Below are positions 36,556-49,777 of a stretch of 64,000 nucleotides of DNA, one piece after another (the stretch's first letter is position 1; each line of letters begins with the position of its first letter). A model generated the notes under the pieces. The model was not told the DNA's origin. It made no database searches and worked only from the letters and a program-made list of their open reading frames with translations. The DNA is from Pseudovirgaria hyperparasitica (lineage: Eukaryota). Where the stretch lies: the NCBI GenBank assembly GCA_010093815.1, contig ML996565.1. One strand, given 5' to 3'. The position numbers were made by a program, and so were the translations under genes.

Positions 36556-38270
36556 ATGGAGATCTTCTGGGCGTTGGTGCGGTTCTGGACGAATGTTGTT
36601 ATCCTTGCAATCTTCCTTGGTATGCTTCTTCGGAATGCTCCAAACCATATCATCCCCTTCACCTCGCGACGCGATACTGCCATAATCAGCGCAATCAGCG
36701 CTTTCATATATATGACACTCTATAATGTCTACATATACCCCAGATATCTCAGCCCCTTGCGAAAACTGCCTCAGAGCGATCTGGTAATCCTCCTGATCCA
36801 TTATCCAATTCCGTACTGACCACAATGCAGATTGTTGATAGCAGCGAATTTGTCCCCATAACCATCGCTCCACGGGGCAAGAAGACCCTCGAGCTCGTCA
36901 AACGCTACCCCGGTGCTGACCTCATCAACTTACGCATGGTGACCGGCTCACAAATAGCCCTGCCTGTATCCCCAGCCGCCCATCGCGCCATCCTATCTGA
37001 GCATGCAGCAGACTATGAGAAACCCTCCTCCGGCCGTTACGCACTCTCGCGTTCACTTGGATACGGACTGATCCTCTCCGAAGGCGAAACTCATAGGGTC
37101 CATCGTAAGGCCATCACACCTTCCTTCCGCATCCAGAACATCCGGAGTCTGCAGCCCCTGATCGCCAAGAAGACAAGCCTGATGCTGGAGGGCATCGCAG
37201 CCGAGATGCATGAAAAGGGACAGATCGAAATCTCCAGCTGGGGCTCGCGCCTTACCATGGACATCATCGGACCCGCGCTCATGTCCCGAGACTTTGGCAG
37301 TCTACACTCGCACAACAGCGATCTTGAAGCTGCATACGCCGAGCTAGTCGCGCCGAGTTGGGGCGCAGGATTCCTGTTCGAGATGAGCATGATGCTTCCC
37401 CCGTTCATCGTTCGCCGACTGCCGGTCAAGGAGAACGCCATGGTCGACCGCACCACGACACTGATCAGGCACACGTGCGAGACCATTCTCCGCGACAAGA
37501 TGCGCGATTTGAAGACTGCAAAGTTCGGCGAGGAGACGGGCACGAGTGATATTCTAGGCAGCGTCATGGCAAACGGGAACCTGAGCCAGAACGAGCTTGT
37601 CGATCAGATGATGACGTTTCTAGGCGCCGGCCACGAGACGACGGCGAGCAGTATCGCGTGGGTGACGCATCTCCTAACTCTACCACAGTATGCGCATTAC
37701 CAGGAGCTGTTGCGGAAGGAAATTCGTGACGCGGTTTCCGCCAGACGCGCAGATGCAGACCCAGACGAGGGCATCCTGTCCTACTCGACTCTGGAGGCGC
37801 TCCCGTTGCTGAATGGCATCTGCGAGGAAACACTACGCCTGTTTCCACCGGTGACCAACACAGGGCGCGTTGCCATTCGCGACACAATCATCTGCGACAC
37901 GCATATCAAGAAGAACACAATCCTGGTGCTCTTCCCCTGGGCCATCAACCGCAATCCCGCATTCTGGGGCGTGAACGCAGACGACATGGTTCCGGAGCGT
38001 TGGATCGATGAGATGCCAGACGGCACCCGCAAGGCGAACAGGCACGGCGGCGCGCCGAGTAATATGTGCGAGTTGACCTTCCTCCACGGCAACCGCAGTT
38101 GTATTGGGAAGGACTTTGCGAAGGCCGAGTTGAGATATGTGATTGCTGCGCTGTTCAAGGATCATCAGCTAAAGCGCTTGCCGGGGGATGATGGGACGGT
38201 AATTCCGGCTGGCAGTCTGACAATCAAGCCCCAAGGTGGACTGTACGTTGCTGTCACGCCTGTGGCGTGA
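36556..38270 (+). CDS. Cytochrome P450 monooxygenase (CYP617-like by inference)
   Basis: N-terminal membrane anchors, I-helix 'FLGAGHETT', 'ETLR', 'PERW' and heme motif 'FLHGNRSCIG'. Intron 36784-36830. Confidence 0.95.
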
Positions 38271-39007
38271 AGTAGACTAGCACGACCTGTGAGGCTTCTG
38301 ATGGGAATTTAAATGCGTGTTGTATGAATTGAACAGTGCACGACTTAGTTGTAAGTGATGGCTCGAACGATACGTCAACTTCACAGCGATTTGGTAGCAC
38401 ACACGCTCATTGGGTCAATTACAAAGGTACACAACATAACTTCCTCGAAGTCTTCATCATCAACGTATACCGAACAATCACAGTGTTCTAATCATCCTGA
38501 CCGATCTTAAGAATACTACCTGTCAGGAACAAATAGCTTATTTTTCTGGCACCGTCGGGAGAGGCTACAGCATATGTGTGCCTTCTCTACCTCAGGAAAC
38601 TCTTTTTTAGATTCTGGTAGCGCATGAGGACTGTTATATAATCCTCTCTACATATACACGGAAATGCGGGATGATTGCGTGCTGAAGCGAATGATGTGCC
38701 ATGTATCTCCTTGTCTTTTGTCTGATTTAGGTTTGGGCTCACACTACTCTTCGTTGCGGTCATAGAAAGCACGGTGTTGGGTTCTGCATACTTCTTTAGT
38801 TACACGGAGCGGGACAGTGCAGAGCTTTAAAGACACGCTGGGAGAATATCAATGAGATGAAAAGGAAAAGAATAAGAATGAGATAGAGGCAGTAAAGTCT
38901 GGTCCTAGACACGTACATCTGACCATACATCAAGCTCAAACGTCATCCGTTCACTCCCTCTATTGTTCTCACCCGCAACCTGCGCATCCTCTTACTTTCC
39001 TGAATCC

Positions 39008-40357
39008 TCAAACCCCTAGGTCTAGCCTATTCTTGTCGCTGAAATACTCGAGCCTCGCCTTCTGAAGCCCCTCCAAACCTTCCCCATACATCTCGCGAAT
39101 CCCGCTGCCCACCTTATTCTCGAGAAAAACTCTCCATTCCTCATTTTCAAAGCCGGGCGCCGCAAGCTCGAGGAAACGCAGCATATGATGCGCCGCGGGC
39201 TCATACTCGGCGAACTCGGCGTAGACCCACGCGAGGTAACGATGCGTCCAGCAGTCGCGATCGGCTACGGACTGCACGTCCCAATTGAAGCACTCCGAAT
39301 CAGGGAGTACGAAGGCAAGAGCGTAGTTGCGCCATTGGGATGCGATGCGGGTTTCCCCCAAGGTGCGCTCGATACGGGCGAGGCGGGCGACCAGGGTGAG
39401 AATAGCGTTGAAGCGGTCGTGGCCGTCGCCGGCGTCGCCGGTGCGCCAGACGGCTTTTGGGTTTTTACGGTACATGACGTTGAGCGAGAAGAGGAGGAGC
39501 GTGCATGCTCTGTGTGTAAGGAAGTCAGTGGGATCGTTGGTTTGCAGGGGTCGCGAGGAGGTGCGTTGCATAACTCCCCATATGCCTTCTAGGTAGATGC
39601 GGTCCCAGGATGGAGATAAATCAAATTTTATGAGGCGGACAAGACTATCTTTGGCGGAAGTCATGGCGGAGATAACGTCACCTACATGGGATGTAGCGAG
39701 TTCGAAGCCAGAGTTCGGGCAGAGGTTGCGCAGTGGCATGAAGAACCATGGGCATCTGTCATATGACATGGGAGAGGATAGCACAACTATACGGACATTT
39801 GCCTCATTGAATCCGTGGCTCACGGATACGAAGACTGTTGCTGGTCCAAACGATTTCCGGTGTATGGCGAATCTGCATATGGATCGATCAGGGATTCCGT
39901 TGAAGATGACACGGAATGTTGCAAAAGGATTTTTAACGCTGTCAGTGTTGCCTAAATACCAAACGTCCAAGCCAGCAGTCAAAAACTGTTGAGCATAATC
40001 TCCTCTGTTGGTTTCGAGAATTATCCATCTGTTGTGTAGAACTCGGAACCTGGTTCGGACTTCACTCGAGATCTGGCGGTTGGTGAATGCGAGCCCGGAG
40101 GCTTTGAGCAGATAAGGAAAGACCATCGAGAACTGCCCCTCCTCACGATCAAATGACTGTTCTGGGTCGTAAGTGAACGGCTGACAAAACATCCGGCTCG
40201 CATAGAAACGTCTGTTTCTGATCAACCATTTTGGTGTCTCGACTACTAGACCACATGGGTCTTCTGCGACCATGTCATAGATTGTATTACGAAGTTCGCC
40301 GGGCAGTGATAGAAATCCTTGCTTGGGTTGAGAAACGGGATAGATCATAGGTGCCAT
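39008..40357 (-). CDS. Hypothetical protein with an N-terminal F-box-like motif and C-terminal TPR-like helices
   Basis: Intronless ORF of about 450 aa. 'GFLSLPGELRNTIYDMV' at the N-terminus and 'HRYLAWVYAEFAEYEPAAHHMLRFLELAAP' at the C-terminus. Confidence 0.75.
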   Translation of the reverse strand: MAPMIYPVSQPKQGFLSLPGELRNTIYDMVAEDPCGLVVETPKWLIRNRRFYASRMFCQPFTYDPEQSFDREEGQFSMVFPYLLKASGLAFTNRQISSEVRTRFRVLHNRWIILETNRGDYAQQFLTAGLDVWYLGNTDSVKNPFATFRVIFNGIPDRSICRFAIHRKSFGPATVFVSVSHGFNEANVRIVVLSSPMSYDRCPWFFMPLRNLCPNSGFELATSHVGDVISAMTSAKDSLVRLIKFDLSPSWDRIYLEGIWGVMQRTSSRPLQTNDPTDFLTHRACTLLLFSLNVMYRKNPKAVWRTGDAGDGHDRFNAILTLVARLARIERTLGETRIASQWRNYALAFVLPDSECFNWDVQSVADRDCWTHRYLAWVYAEFAEYEPAAHHMLRFLELAAPGFENEEWRVFLENKVGSGIREMYGEGLEGLQKARLEYFSDKNRLDLGV

Positions 40358-40658
40358 TGTGATGAAGATCAACGGTAGTGTAAACTAGGTTCCTGAGCGG
40401 GTAGGTCGGCGGTCAAGGTTCTCCTAACATAGTCATATATAAACCATAAAACATGTGCCACTAGAAATGTCTATAGCCAAACATGGCTGACTAAGACATT
40501 ATTCTTAACTCACAAAGCTGCAATTGTGAAAGGTACCAACGGGGTGGTGCTGTTTCGACTGGATTGTATGGGCTACCTCAATGAGAGTGAATGATGGGAG
40601 AATAGGCGTAAATCGATCGATACGAGGCTGCCTTTGTTACTTGTGACCCAACATTGGA

Positions 40659-42227
40659 TCATACACTGATTGTCTTAAAGACTCTGGGTCATGTTAGCAT
40701 ACGCTACGTCTCGCGTTGGAAAGTTGGCATACCCAAAGCCACTACCACCCGTTGCCATCACACAACCTGGAATCTGTGGGTGCCAGTGTCCCTCCTTCAC
40801 CTGGTCCATGTAATGCACAAAAAGTAGCTGAGGAGGCACGTCTGCAACACCTGCTGTGTCTCTGCTCTCTTCATCGTCAAGCTCTACGGCTAAATCCCAA
40901 AGTGTAAGTGTATTGTCCCCAGCTGCGACCATGACTATGCTATCGTCGGTAGGATGCCATTCGACGCATGTGATCTGCTCCTTGTGGAAGTCGAAGGACG
41001 CTACGGCGGATTCCTGTGTTATTGTTTTGTTTGGGAACATGCGCAGGTCCCATACAGCCCAGCTGCCATCGTCATGTCCGGACGCAAGCAAGTAGTCCGT
41101 TTGATGGGACCAGCTCAGGACATTGATGTCTGTCTTGCTTGCTTGGGCGCTGAACGCTGGTTTGTGTTTTTTATCTCGCATGTCCCAGACTTTGATCGTA
41201 CCGTCGTTTCCAGCTGATGCAAAGCCTTTGTTTTCTCTCGGCGACCACTGGATCTCCTCGACAGTGCCAGAGTGTCCTGTGAAGGGCATTGAGTCGGTCA
41301 CAAAGCCTGTCTGTGTACGTTTGGTTGAGAAAATACGTCCTGTAATGTCACCTGTCAGGAGCCCGCCCGCAGCGACCACCGGAGACCAGTCTACTGCGTA
41401 GCCCTCTGTACGACCGTGATTCTTTATGGTATGTAGAGGTTTGTTTTGTTGGGAGGTAATAATAGTACCCGGGGTGTCGAATGAGGTGAGATGAGCTGTG
41501 ATATCATGAATAAGAACCTCACCACTCTCAGTCATGGATGCTGTGAGCGTCGTCGGAGGGTGTGCAGATGAGTGTTGAGGAGCTTGGTGGGCACGGATGC
41601 GATTCGTACATGACTTCAAAGGGATTGACTTGGTCTCGAGAATCGGGTCGGCTTCGTCTTCGCTATCTTCGTCATCCGATTCTTCCTCATTTCGATCCAT
41701 ACGGCTAAGGCCGCTCATCTTCATTACCATAAGCTGATTCTCTCCTTCTCTTCCAGACTCGGCTTGTGTGCCTCCTACAGCATACAATGTTGCCGGGAAC
41801 GATGTCCGGTTGTCTCCAAGACTGTCCTTTATTATATCGCACGACAGACACGGCCACGGAGATTCGAGACTGTGGAACATGTCGTAGGTGGATGGATCTG
41901 GGGCAAGTGTCTCGCCAACAGACAATAAACTTCGACCGGGTATAAATGTGCCTTGATCTACTTCCATAGCATCTATACGAGTATAAGCGCGATTCTTGTG
42001 TAATACCAAATTGATAGACCACCTTCGCGTTCTTCAGCCTCGCGCTCTTCGTCGGGTCTTCCATCAACACCAGCCTCAAGGATCTCGTCTTCACTTTCGA
42101 ACTCGTCCTCGTATTCGTCCTCGAAGTCGCCATCCTGCATATTGCCATTTTCTGGCGCGACAGGGCGCTCTCCAGACTTGAGAGCTTCCCTCTCTTCCTG
42201 TGCCGTCTCGGCTCTTCTCTTGCTCAT
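40659..42227 (-). CDS. RRB1: Ribosome assembly WD40 protein Rrb1/GRWD1
   Basis: Acidic N-terminus, CAF1C-like 'YDMFHSLESPWPCLSCD', 'EGYAVDWS', 'SVEEIQWSP'-type WD repeats, 'PPQLLFVH' and 'GFG|VFKTISV*'. Two introns. Confidence 0.95.
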
Positions 42228-42746
42228 TGTGGCGGATTATGCTTGTGAGAAATCTGGTCGCGCAGAGTAAAACGAAACACCTACACTCTATCGTCATCAA
42301 TAAACTTTTTTTTGGCGGCGGGTGCCCGCGGTGGGGCGTCGTCAAGATCTCAACCAATCAAGTCACTTGAGCTTCGGCGGTCAATACTGGCACTGTGGCA
42401 CAACAGCGTTTCGAGTACCTCAGGCAGCCACTGGTACAATACATCATCAGTGCACAGCTGAATCTCCTCTTATAACCTAAATCCTCAATCATAGTCCTGA
42501 CTGGCACAGGATCCTACTTGTCATTTCACATACGCGCACAAAATATCTTACTACAGCCTCGAACGCGTCAGGTTTCGTTCCACGCGCCTTGCATTGCTGG
42601 ACAAGTTCTCTCCCCCTCCATTGGCTAGTCCTAGAACCTTGCGCGCGGAGTCCCCACGAGCCACCTCTCTACCTCCCTAGTCACTAATATAATAACAGCC
42701 TCACCCACCGCGGTCAGAGCTTCCAAACGGTTTTCTTCTGCTCGAA

Positions 42747-43879
42747 ATGGACCCTTCGGTCGATGCAATGGCCGTCGATGGCCAAGAGCCTGACCATGAC
42801 TCGGGCAAACACACAATCATGGGCGGCCAAGACACTCCCATGGATGGCGACGAGAGCGTAAACACGATAACAGCCTCGTCAGTACAGGCGCTGCCGGACA
42901 TGGGTTATAGCAATGGAGGCAGGCCATCGACCTCATATTCCGACACGGCATTCTCACGGTCACAATCCTCACGTCCGGGTGTCTTTACGCCAAATTCCGA
43001 TGCCGATACACCTCCACGATATTCTGGCTATCACTCCGGACAGAACTATCAACCGAATTCAAGACCCAACTCGTCACTCGCAGGACGGACATACCATGAA
43101 CAGAACCAGAGATCGTCACAGGCCCAGCAAGAGACGGGCAAGAACACCAGTGTTGTCATCAAGGTCGGCATGGTTGGAGACGCTCAGATCGGCAAGACCA
43201 GTCTAATGGTCAAATATGTAGAAGGCAGCTGGGATGAAGACTACATTCAGACGCTCGGTACGTGAGGAGGCGGGACAGTGTCACGGTCCGGCCCCAAACT
43301 GACCTTGACAGGCGTCAATTTTATGGAAAAGACGATTTCGATCCGCAATACTGAAATTACTTTCTCCATCTGGGATCTGGGTGGGCAGCGCGAATTTGTG
43401 AACATGCTGCCGCTTGTCTGCAACGACGCCGTGGCCATTTTGTTCATGTTTGATCTAACGCGAAAATCAACTTTGAATTCTATCAAGGAATGGTACCGTC
43501 AAGGAAGAGGGTTCAATAAGACGGCGATTCCTTTCTTGGTTGGTACAAAGTATGATCACTTTGTTAACTTCCCGCGAGAGGAGCAGGAAGAGATTTCTAA
43601 TCAGGTATGTTGATCACGTATCATCAGCAATACGGAATATCTAACGTAACTGTAGGCGAAGCGATTCGCGAAAGCGATGAAAGCCAGTCTCATTTTCAGC
43701 AGTACTTCTCACAGCATCAATGTCCAAAAAGTGTGTTCTTTCCAAAGCGGGGCTCCATACGTAGACTGATCACCCCACAGATATTCAAGATAGTACTCTC
43801 GAAAGCTTTCGATCTCCGGTGTACAATACCCGAGATCGAGAACATCGGAGAGCCTCTTCTTCTCTATCAATCCGTATGA
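42747..43879 (+). CDS. SPG1: Septation initiation network GTPase Spg1/Tem1
   Basis: '[25 protein letters not shown]', 'YIQTLG|VNF', 'WDLGGQREF', 'VGTKYD' and 'SINVQK|IFKIVL...GEPLLLY'. Three introns. Confidence 0.97.
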
Positions 43880-44299
43880 TGCAACCTTCTTCGGAGCCAG
43901 GGCCGCGCCCAAAGATGACGCAACGAGTACGTTCACTGCATTTGGATGCGACGATCCTTTCTTTTCGATGCATAGATGCCTGGCGCTTAGCGGTGCATCT
44001 GGTTCATGGGGGCAATTGGAGTTACAAGGGGGCACGAGTGCAAAGCAACATTGATGCTAGGTGTAAGATATTTCGCAGTGCGAGGGGTCAATCTGATGAG
44101 TCTATGACTCTCTTGCAGATAGGGATGTGTTGATCTACATGCATTAGTGCTATTGGCTAATCTCATCAATTACTCTCTCGTATAACCAGACTTCGATTGC
44201 AATACAGCTCTACTGCATCAAAGTCCCAGGCACGAGCCTGATTAGGGAAGGTCAATCGACGGTTGAATATTCTTATAGTCCACTGGAAGGGAAGGTACT

Positions 44300-45743
44300 C
44301 TATAACCTCGATTGGAGGTTCTTCACCGTATCGCCCATCGCATACTCCGCCTTGAACTTTCGACTCCTCACTTTTTCTCCATCAGCCGGCGTAACCACCT
44401 TAGCCTGCGTCGCCGGATTATAGCCCAACCCACTGCTTTCCGCAATCTCCGCATCGCTGATTTCATGATCCGTATTCCTCCTCCCATCCGCCCTCTTGTA
44501 CACATTCACCACTACCGCCCCTCCCAGGCCAAGATTATGCTGAAGCGCAACCGACGTCTGCTTGACCAAACGCCCATTGTTAGCCCACCCACGCAGCTGC
44601 CACACGAGTTCCGCACACTGCGCCAGTCCCGTAGCCCCGAGCGGATGGCCCTTTGAAATCAAGCCGCCAGACGGATTGACGACTGGTCCCTTGCCGCCAT
44701 ACGTGATATCGCCGCGGCGCACAAGCTCGTGCGCCTTGCCAGGCGCCGAGAAGCCCAGGCCGTCAATCAGTAACAGCTCGTTGGTGCTGAAGCAGTCATG
44801 CAGCTCGCACACGGTGATGTCAGCGGGCGAAACGCGGGCTTCGGCCATGGCAGCCTTTGCAGCTCGCTTGGTCATATCGAAGCCGACGAGGTCGATGGCG
44901 CTGCGGCTGAAGAGTTGTGGCGAGTCGGTCAGCATCGATTGGCCGGCGATGAGGATAGCTTTCTGCTTAAGCTGTGGTCGGCGGTCGAGGAAGGCCTGTG
45001 AGATGAGGACTGCAGCCCCGGCGCCGTCGGATGTGGGCGAGCATTGGAGTTTTGTGAGCGGTGGGTGTACCATTGGGCTTTTGAGGATCTCATCGAGTGT
45101 GTATGTGTTCTGGAACTGTGCGTACGGGTTGCGTTGCGAGTGTTCATGGGAAATGCGAGCGATTTCAGCGAAATCTTCGGCTGTGGCACCGTATCTGATA
45201 CGAGCTGTCAGTCGTTGTCGACGTGTAAAGCAAGAACATGGGTACGTACTTATCCATATATTCCTGGCCTGCATTTGCAAAGTATTGGGCATTTCTTGGG
45301 GTATCGTGCTTCCCGCCAATTTCTTCCATCATTGTCGTGCTCAAGCCCATGGGGCTTGGTCGATCACTCCATACGCTCTTGATGCTGCCAGGGCTCATCT
45401 GTTCCATACCGATGACCAATATACAATCAGCAGCGCCGTTTCTGATGAGCGTCCTCGCCAAATGTAGTCCCGTGCTTCCCGTGGCGCAAGCATTGTTTGT
45501 GTTATATATTGGGATCGTGCTCATGCCAAACTGGTAGAAGACACGCTGACCAGAAGTTGTGTCGCCGTAGCAGTAGCAGGCGATCCCAGTCTCTACATCG
45601 TCATATGTAATACCTGCGTCAAGCATGGCTTTCACACCTGCCTCGTAACCCAATTCTGGATACTCGCGAGTGCGACGTGGTTTGAGGAACTTCGTCAGGC
45701 CAACGCCTGCAACATAGACGTCTGTGGTAGATTTCGGTGCCAT
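44300..45743 (-). CDS. Peroxisomal SCP2-type thiolase (SCPx thiolase domain only)
   Basis: 'NNACATGSTG', 'CSPTSDG', 'ELHDCF', 'KGHPLGATG' and 'QHNLGLGG'. C-terminal PTS1 -SRL. One intron. Confidence 0.93.
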
Positions 45744-46186
45744 GATGCATATACTACACGAGATTTACTAAGGGTTGAAATTGTTATTATGTTTGATTCA
45801 GAGCTTGGACTAGACTGTCTTGTACTACATTACTGCGGCAGTCGGGTACTCTAGACGAAGCCTTTTAAGTTGCTCTGGCTTGACCTCGGCTTTCTCCTGC
45901 CTGACATGACAGGCCACCATAATTTGGCTCAGGGATTCGAAGTATGCCAGATTTCACCATGATCAGTACACAGCCATCACGCGGCAAATTAAAAAGTTGC
46001 GCACTCCGAGACTTGTGTAAATTTGGTTCAGCGACTTGTTCTGTAATTCATTGATCGCAGGAGCCGTTCAGTCTGGCATCAGCGCTTCAAGGTGTGCCCC
46101 TTTTCTATCAGCCAAAACATCCGCGTATCAACGGGCTTATGCAAATGGGCCGCTATACAGATAACAGTGGTGCTCAAGCAGTCTCA

Positions 46187-49100
46187 TCAACTGAAGAGTT
46201 CCTTCAGGTCCTCAATGCGCTGTGACCTCTGCTCGTCTTTGCTCATCATGCCCAAAGAGCTTGCACTGTAGCACGGGTAAGCAAGGGCACCGAACAACGG
46301 ACGGAGGACTTACATGAACTTCTTCCTCTCCTGAATCCTGAGCATCTTCTCTTCAATACTGCCCTCGACTATGAACCTCGTCACATTGACTTCACTCTCT
46401 TGCCCCATGCGGTGGACACGATCTATGGCTTGCGCTTCTATAGCCCAACTCCACCAAGGATCCATCATGAAGACGTGCTTGGCACATGTAAGATTGAGGC
46501 CGACTCCGCCTGCACGCAGACTCAATAAGAGGACTGTGCCCCTCTGAGCACTCTCAAACTGAGCGAGAACAGACGCACGGAGCTTTTGCGCCATTGATCC
46601 GTCAAAGCGGAGGAAAGGAATGTGGTCGCGAGTCAAAGCTGGTTCGATGATATCGAGGAAGGAGGTGAATTGCGAGAACACGACCGACTTGGCATTTGGG
46701 TCTGCTTTACGTATCTTCTTTAGATGCGAGAGCAGGCCCTGAATCTTAGCAGAACCACTACCGCCAACCCTGCGAAGAGAAATGCGCGGCCCAGGCATGT
46801 TTTGGGGCGTAGAACTATACAAACCACCATCCGAATCGTTACCTTGTTCGTCCACAGGGAGGTCATGTCGAATAGGCTCGAATACGTCCCGTGCATTGAT
46901 AGGTTCGCGGCAATTGAAACATCGAGGTATTTGACCTTTGTCGCGTTGATGCTTGATGTAATCCAGGAGACATGCTTTGCACGCACTATGCCAGCAACCT
47001 GTCACAGCTTGCTCTATCATTGGCTCTTCAGAGCAGATAGGACATTCGTCTTCGGCTTCTGACTGAATTTGCTTTAGCACATGGGTGCCAAATCTGGCTG
47101 TCTCGTCCGCGGCTTCTTGTGCGGTAAAGCGTTCAATAAGTGCCTGGAGATCCATGTCATCTGCCAGTCCATTAGCGACATCGGTGGCATTTGCGGCCTC
47201 CTCCTCTTCTGCTGCAATATCCCTGTTTCTCGTCAGAATCGGATGATCACAAGACTGCCGTAACCTGAGAATCTGTGCAAAGATAGTAGTATAAGACTTC
47301 ATCACTGTGCCAGCTTCGATACTGGCGCTAAAGGTACGCTTGGCACGCATGAAGATGTAGTCATACACCCCACGTTCTTCTTCCGACAGTTCAACTTTGT
47401 CGATGGTGATGGTCTTAGCTGGTAAGCTGACCAAAGCCTCCCCGGACGGTGTTTTCATATCCTTTGTACGGCGCATGACCAGAGGTTCTAAAACTGTTTG
47501 AACAACATTCAAAGCCCGAACAAAGTCACCAGACTCGAACGGTACTGTAATGAAGGTCTTCCAGAACGAGAAGTTGCTCCATGGCTCCACTTTCAGGAAA
47601 TGCACCAAACTGAAGAGGTCCTCCAGGCGGTTGACAATTGGCGTACCTGTCAAGACCCATCGATGTCTCGCACTGAGCTCATAGCACGCTTTTGAAGTCT
47701 TGGCCTGTCTGTTCTTGATCTGATGTGCCTCATCTAGAATGACGCGGAAATATTCTACAGAGAAGAGGCCGCCATGGGAACCACGATTACCCCCATTAGA
47801 AGCGACTGCGTTGAACTCGGATAAGATTGTACCATAACTAGTAACAATGACATTTGGCGCCGTGGCGGCGTTGGCCTCGCAGCAGAGGCTTTGGAGGTTG
47901 GCTGTTTTCTCATTACCATAATATAACATGACCTTCATTGTCCCTTCTTTCGAGGCTTTTTCCGCCTCACTTGCCCATTGGGCAAGTAGTGACATAGGAG
48001 CAACGACCAGCGTTGTGTAGGGCGCTTTTTCAATTGCAGAGGAGGCTTTCGGTAGACGTGGTAGATTGTGCACCGATGAAGCGGCACCAGTTGCAACATC
48101 TGGCCGGTGGCTATGAATGAGGGACATCATTTCAATCGTCTTGCCAAGTCCCATCTCGTCGGCAAGAATACCACCAAGGCAATTCTGTTCTTGTACAGGG
48201 AACTCCAATGATAGTTCGCCCGAATAGGGGTTGACATAAAAATTTGCCTGGTCAGCAACTTCCGGAAGGTCCTTGTCATCGAAGTCTTTCCGAGGCCACT
48301 CGTATTCTTCCCAAAGAGGATGCATTGATATCTCCCTGTCGTCCACTTTGGAGTTCTTTTCTTTACTGATCATCCAATGCAAAGCCTGCTTTTGATACTT
48401 TCTCAGCTTCATGTTAAAAGTGCTAGGTGGTTCGTATTCAGGAGTATCGAAGTCGAATGTCTGAGCTTTTTTGTACAAGGAGTCAAGTTGGTCTTGCTCC
48501 AACTCCTTGCCGTCTTCATCCTCTTCGGCAGGTGGCGATGATCCACCAGTGCTAGCTTGTCTACTTGATGCTGATGGTTCTGTTTTGGAGGTGGAGCTTT
48601 GTTCATAGTGCTCAGCCATTTCTGCGGCCTGTAAAATGCCCTGTTTTTTGTGCTCTTTGGCCGTGCTGTTGATCTTAGAAGGTTGGAGATTGATCTCATC
48701 GAACATCTTTACTAGCGCGACCTGACGCAGGCGCAATTTTCGCTCATCTGAGCTCTCTTTTGGTTCAAATCGGCCGGCTTCCCGATTGTCCTCAGGCTTC
48801 ACGAAGCCACCGCCTTCGAATGATACCCTCAGAAGATAGCACTTGAGTTGAAGGTATACGTTGTCGTTTGTTCTGAGGCTGTCTGGCGAGTATATGCAAG
48901 AAGCAGAGAATCTGCATATCTTTTGATCTAGTAATGTCGATATCCAGGCTGCGGATTCGTTCTCCAATCTTCCAATCTCTTGGCCCCTAGCATTTGTAAA
49001 GCGCACAACTACATCCTGCTTCTTGTTCATTATGGGTCGTGGCTTGCCCCCTCGGCCACTTCTCGACGTGATGGCTTGTGGTTTTTGCCTCTCTATATTC

Positions 49101-49706
49101 ACCGCATCACCCGACTTGACAAGCCCAGATCCGCTTCTTGTAGCCCATCCGGTGACACCAAACGCCCCAATGTATCTACTCTCCGGCATAGAAGAGTGGA
49201 AGAGACGTTTAGGGTGTGTTGTAGCTTGTGAAGTGGTAGTAGAGGCTGGGATTGGGGATTTATGTGTCGCTCGCGCCCATGTATCAACCTTGGCCGGCTT
49301 TTGCGGCCGACGAGGGTTCGACGTTTTCCAAGACCCATCGAGGTAGATATTGATCGCTATGGAATTTGTTAGCATCTCTGCACCAGTCACATTTTGAGTA
49401 TGCATGCATGCCTCGTTGCAGGTCATTCCCGCTGAGGTCTTCCAGCTTTCTGAAAGTCGCAGCATTCACTTCTTCTCCGACGACGGCCGCAAACAACTCT
49501 TTGTCGAGGCCAGGCGCGTCCACAAGAGACCGAGGAGAGCTCGATTGGTCGACGTCCTCCTGGGTAGAGCCATCGACGTTCTCGTTCGATGCTTCGCGAT
49601 AGCTTGGGGATTCATCTGGACTCAAAGTGCGGTTGATAAGCGGTGAATCGTCGACGAAAAAACGACGCTTTTTAGCTGGTCGGTCGGCGAAATCCAGCTG
49701 GCTCAT
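46187..49706 (-). CDS. RAD5: DNA repair helicase/RING E3 ligase Rad5
   Basis: HIRAN region, SNF2 motifs 'GGILADEMGLGKT', 'LDEAH' and 'LTGTP', RING 'CPIC...CWHSACKAC...CFNC', and helicase-C 'QAIDRVHRMGQ'. Introns 49357-49411 (GC-AG) and one near 46267-46313. Confidence 0.97.
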
Positions 49707-49777
49707 TGTTGTTACTAATTGGGTCGTGTGAGGTGGAGGGCTTGAACAGCATTCTCATCGGACGTGGCGACGACTAG

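Noticed and set aside
29437..40357. Starship or other giant mobile element inserted at the tRNA
   Set aside because: No tyrosine recombinase captain, transposase, terminal repeats or target-site duplication is visible.
44562..45467. 301-aa ORF on the + strand
   Set aside because: It is antisense to the clearly conserved thiolase.
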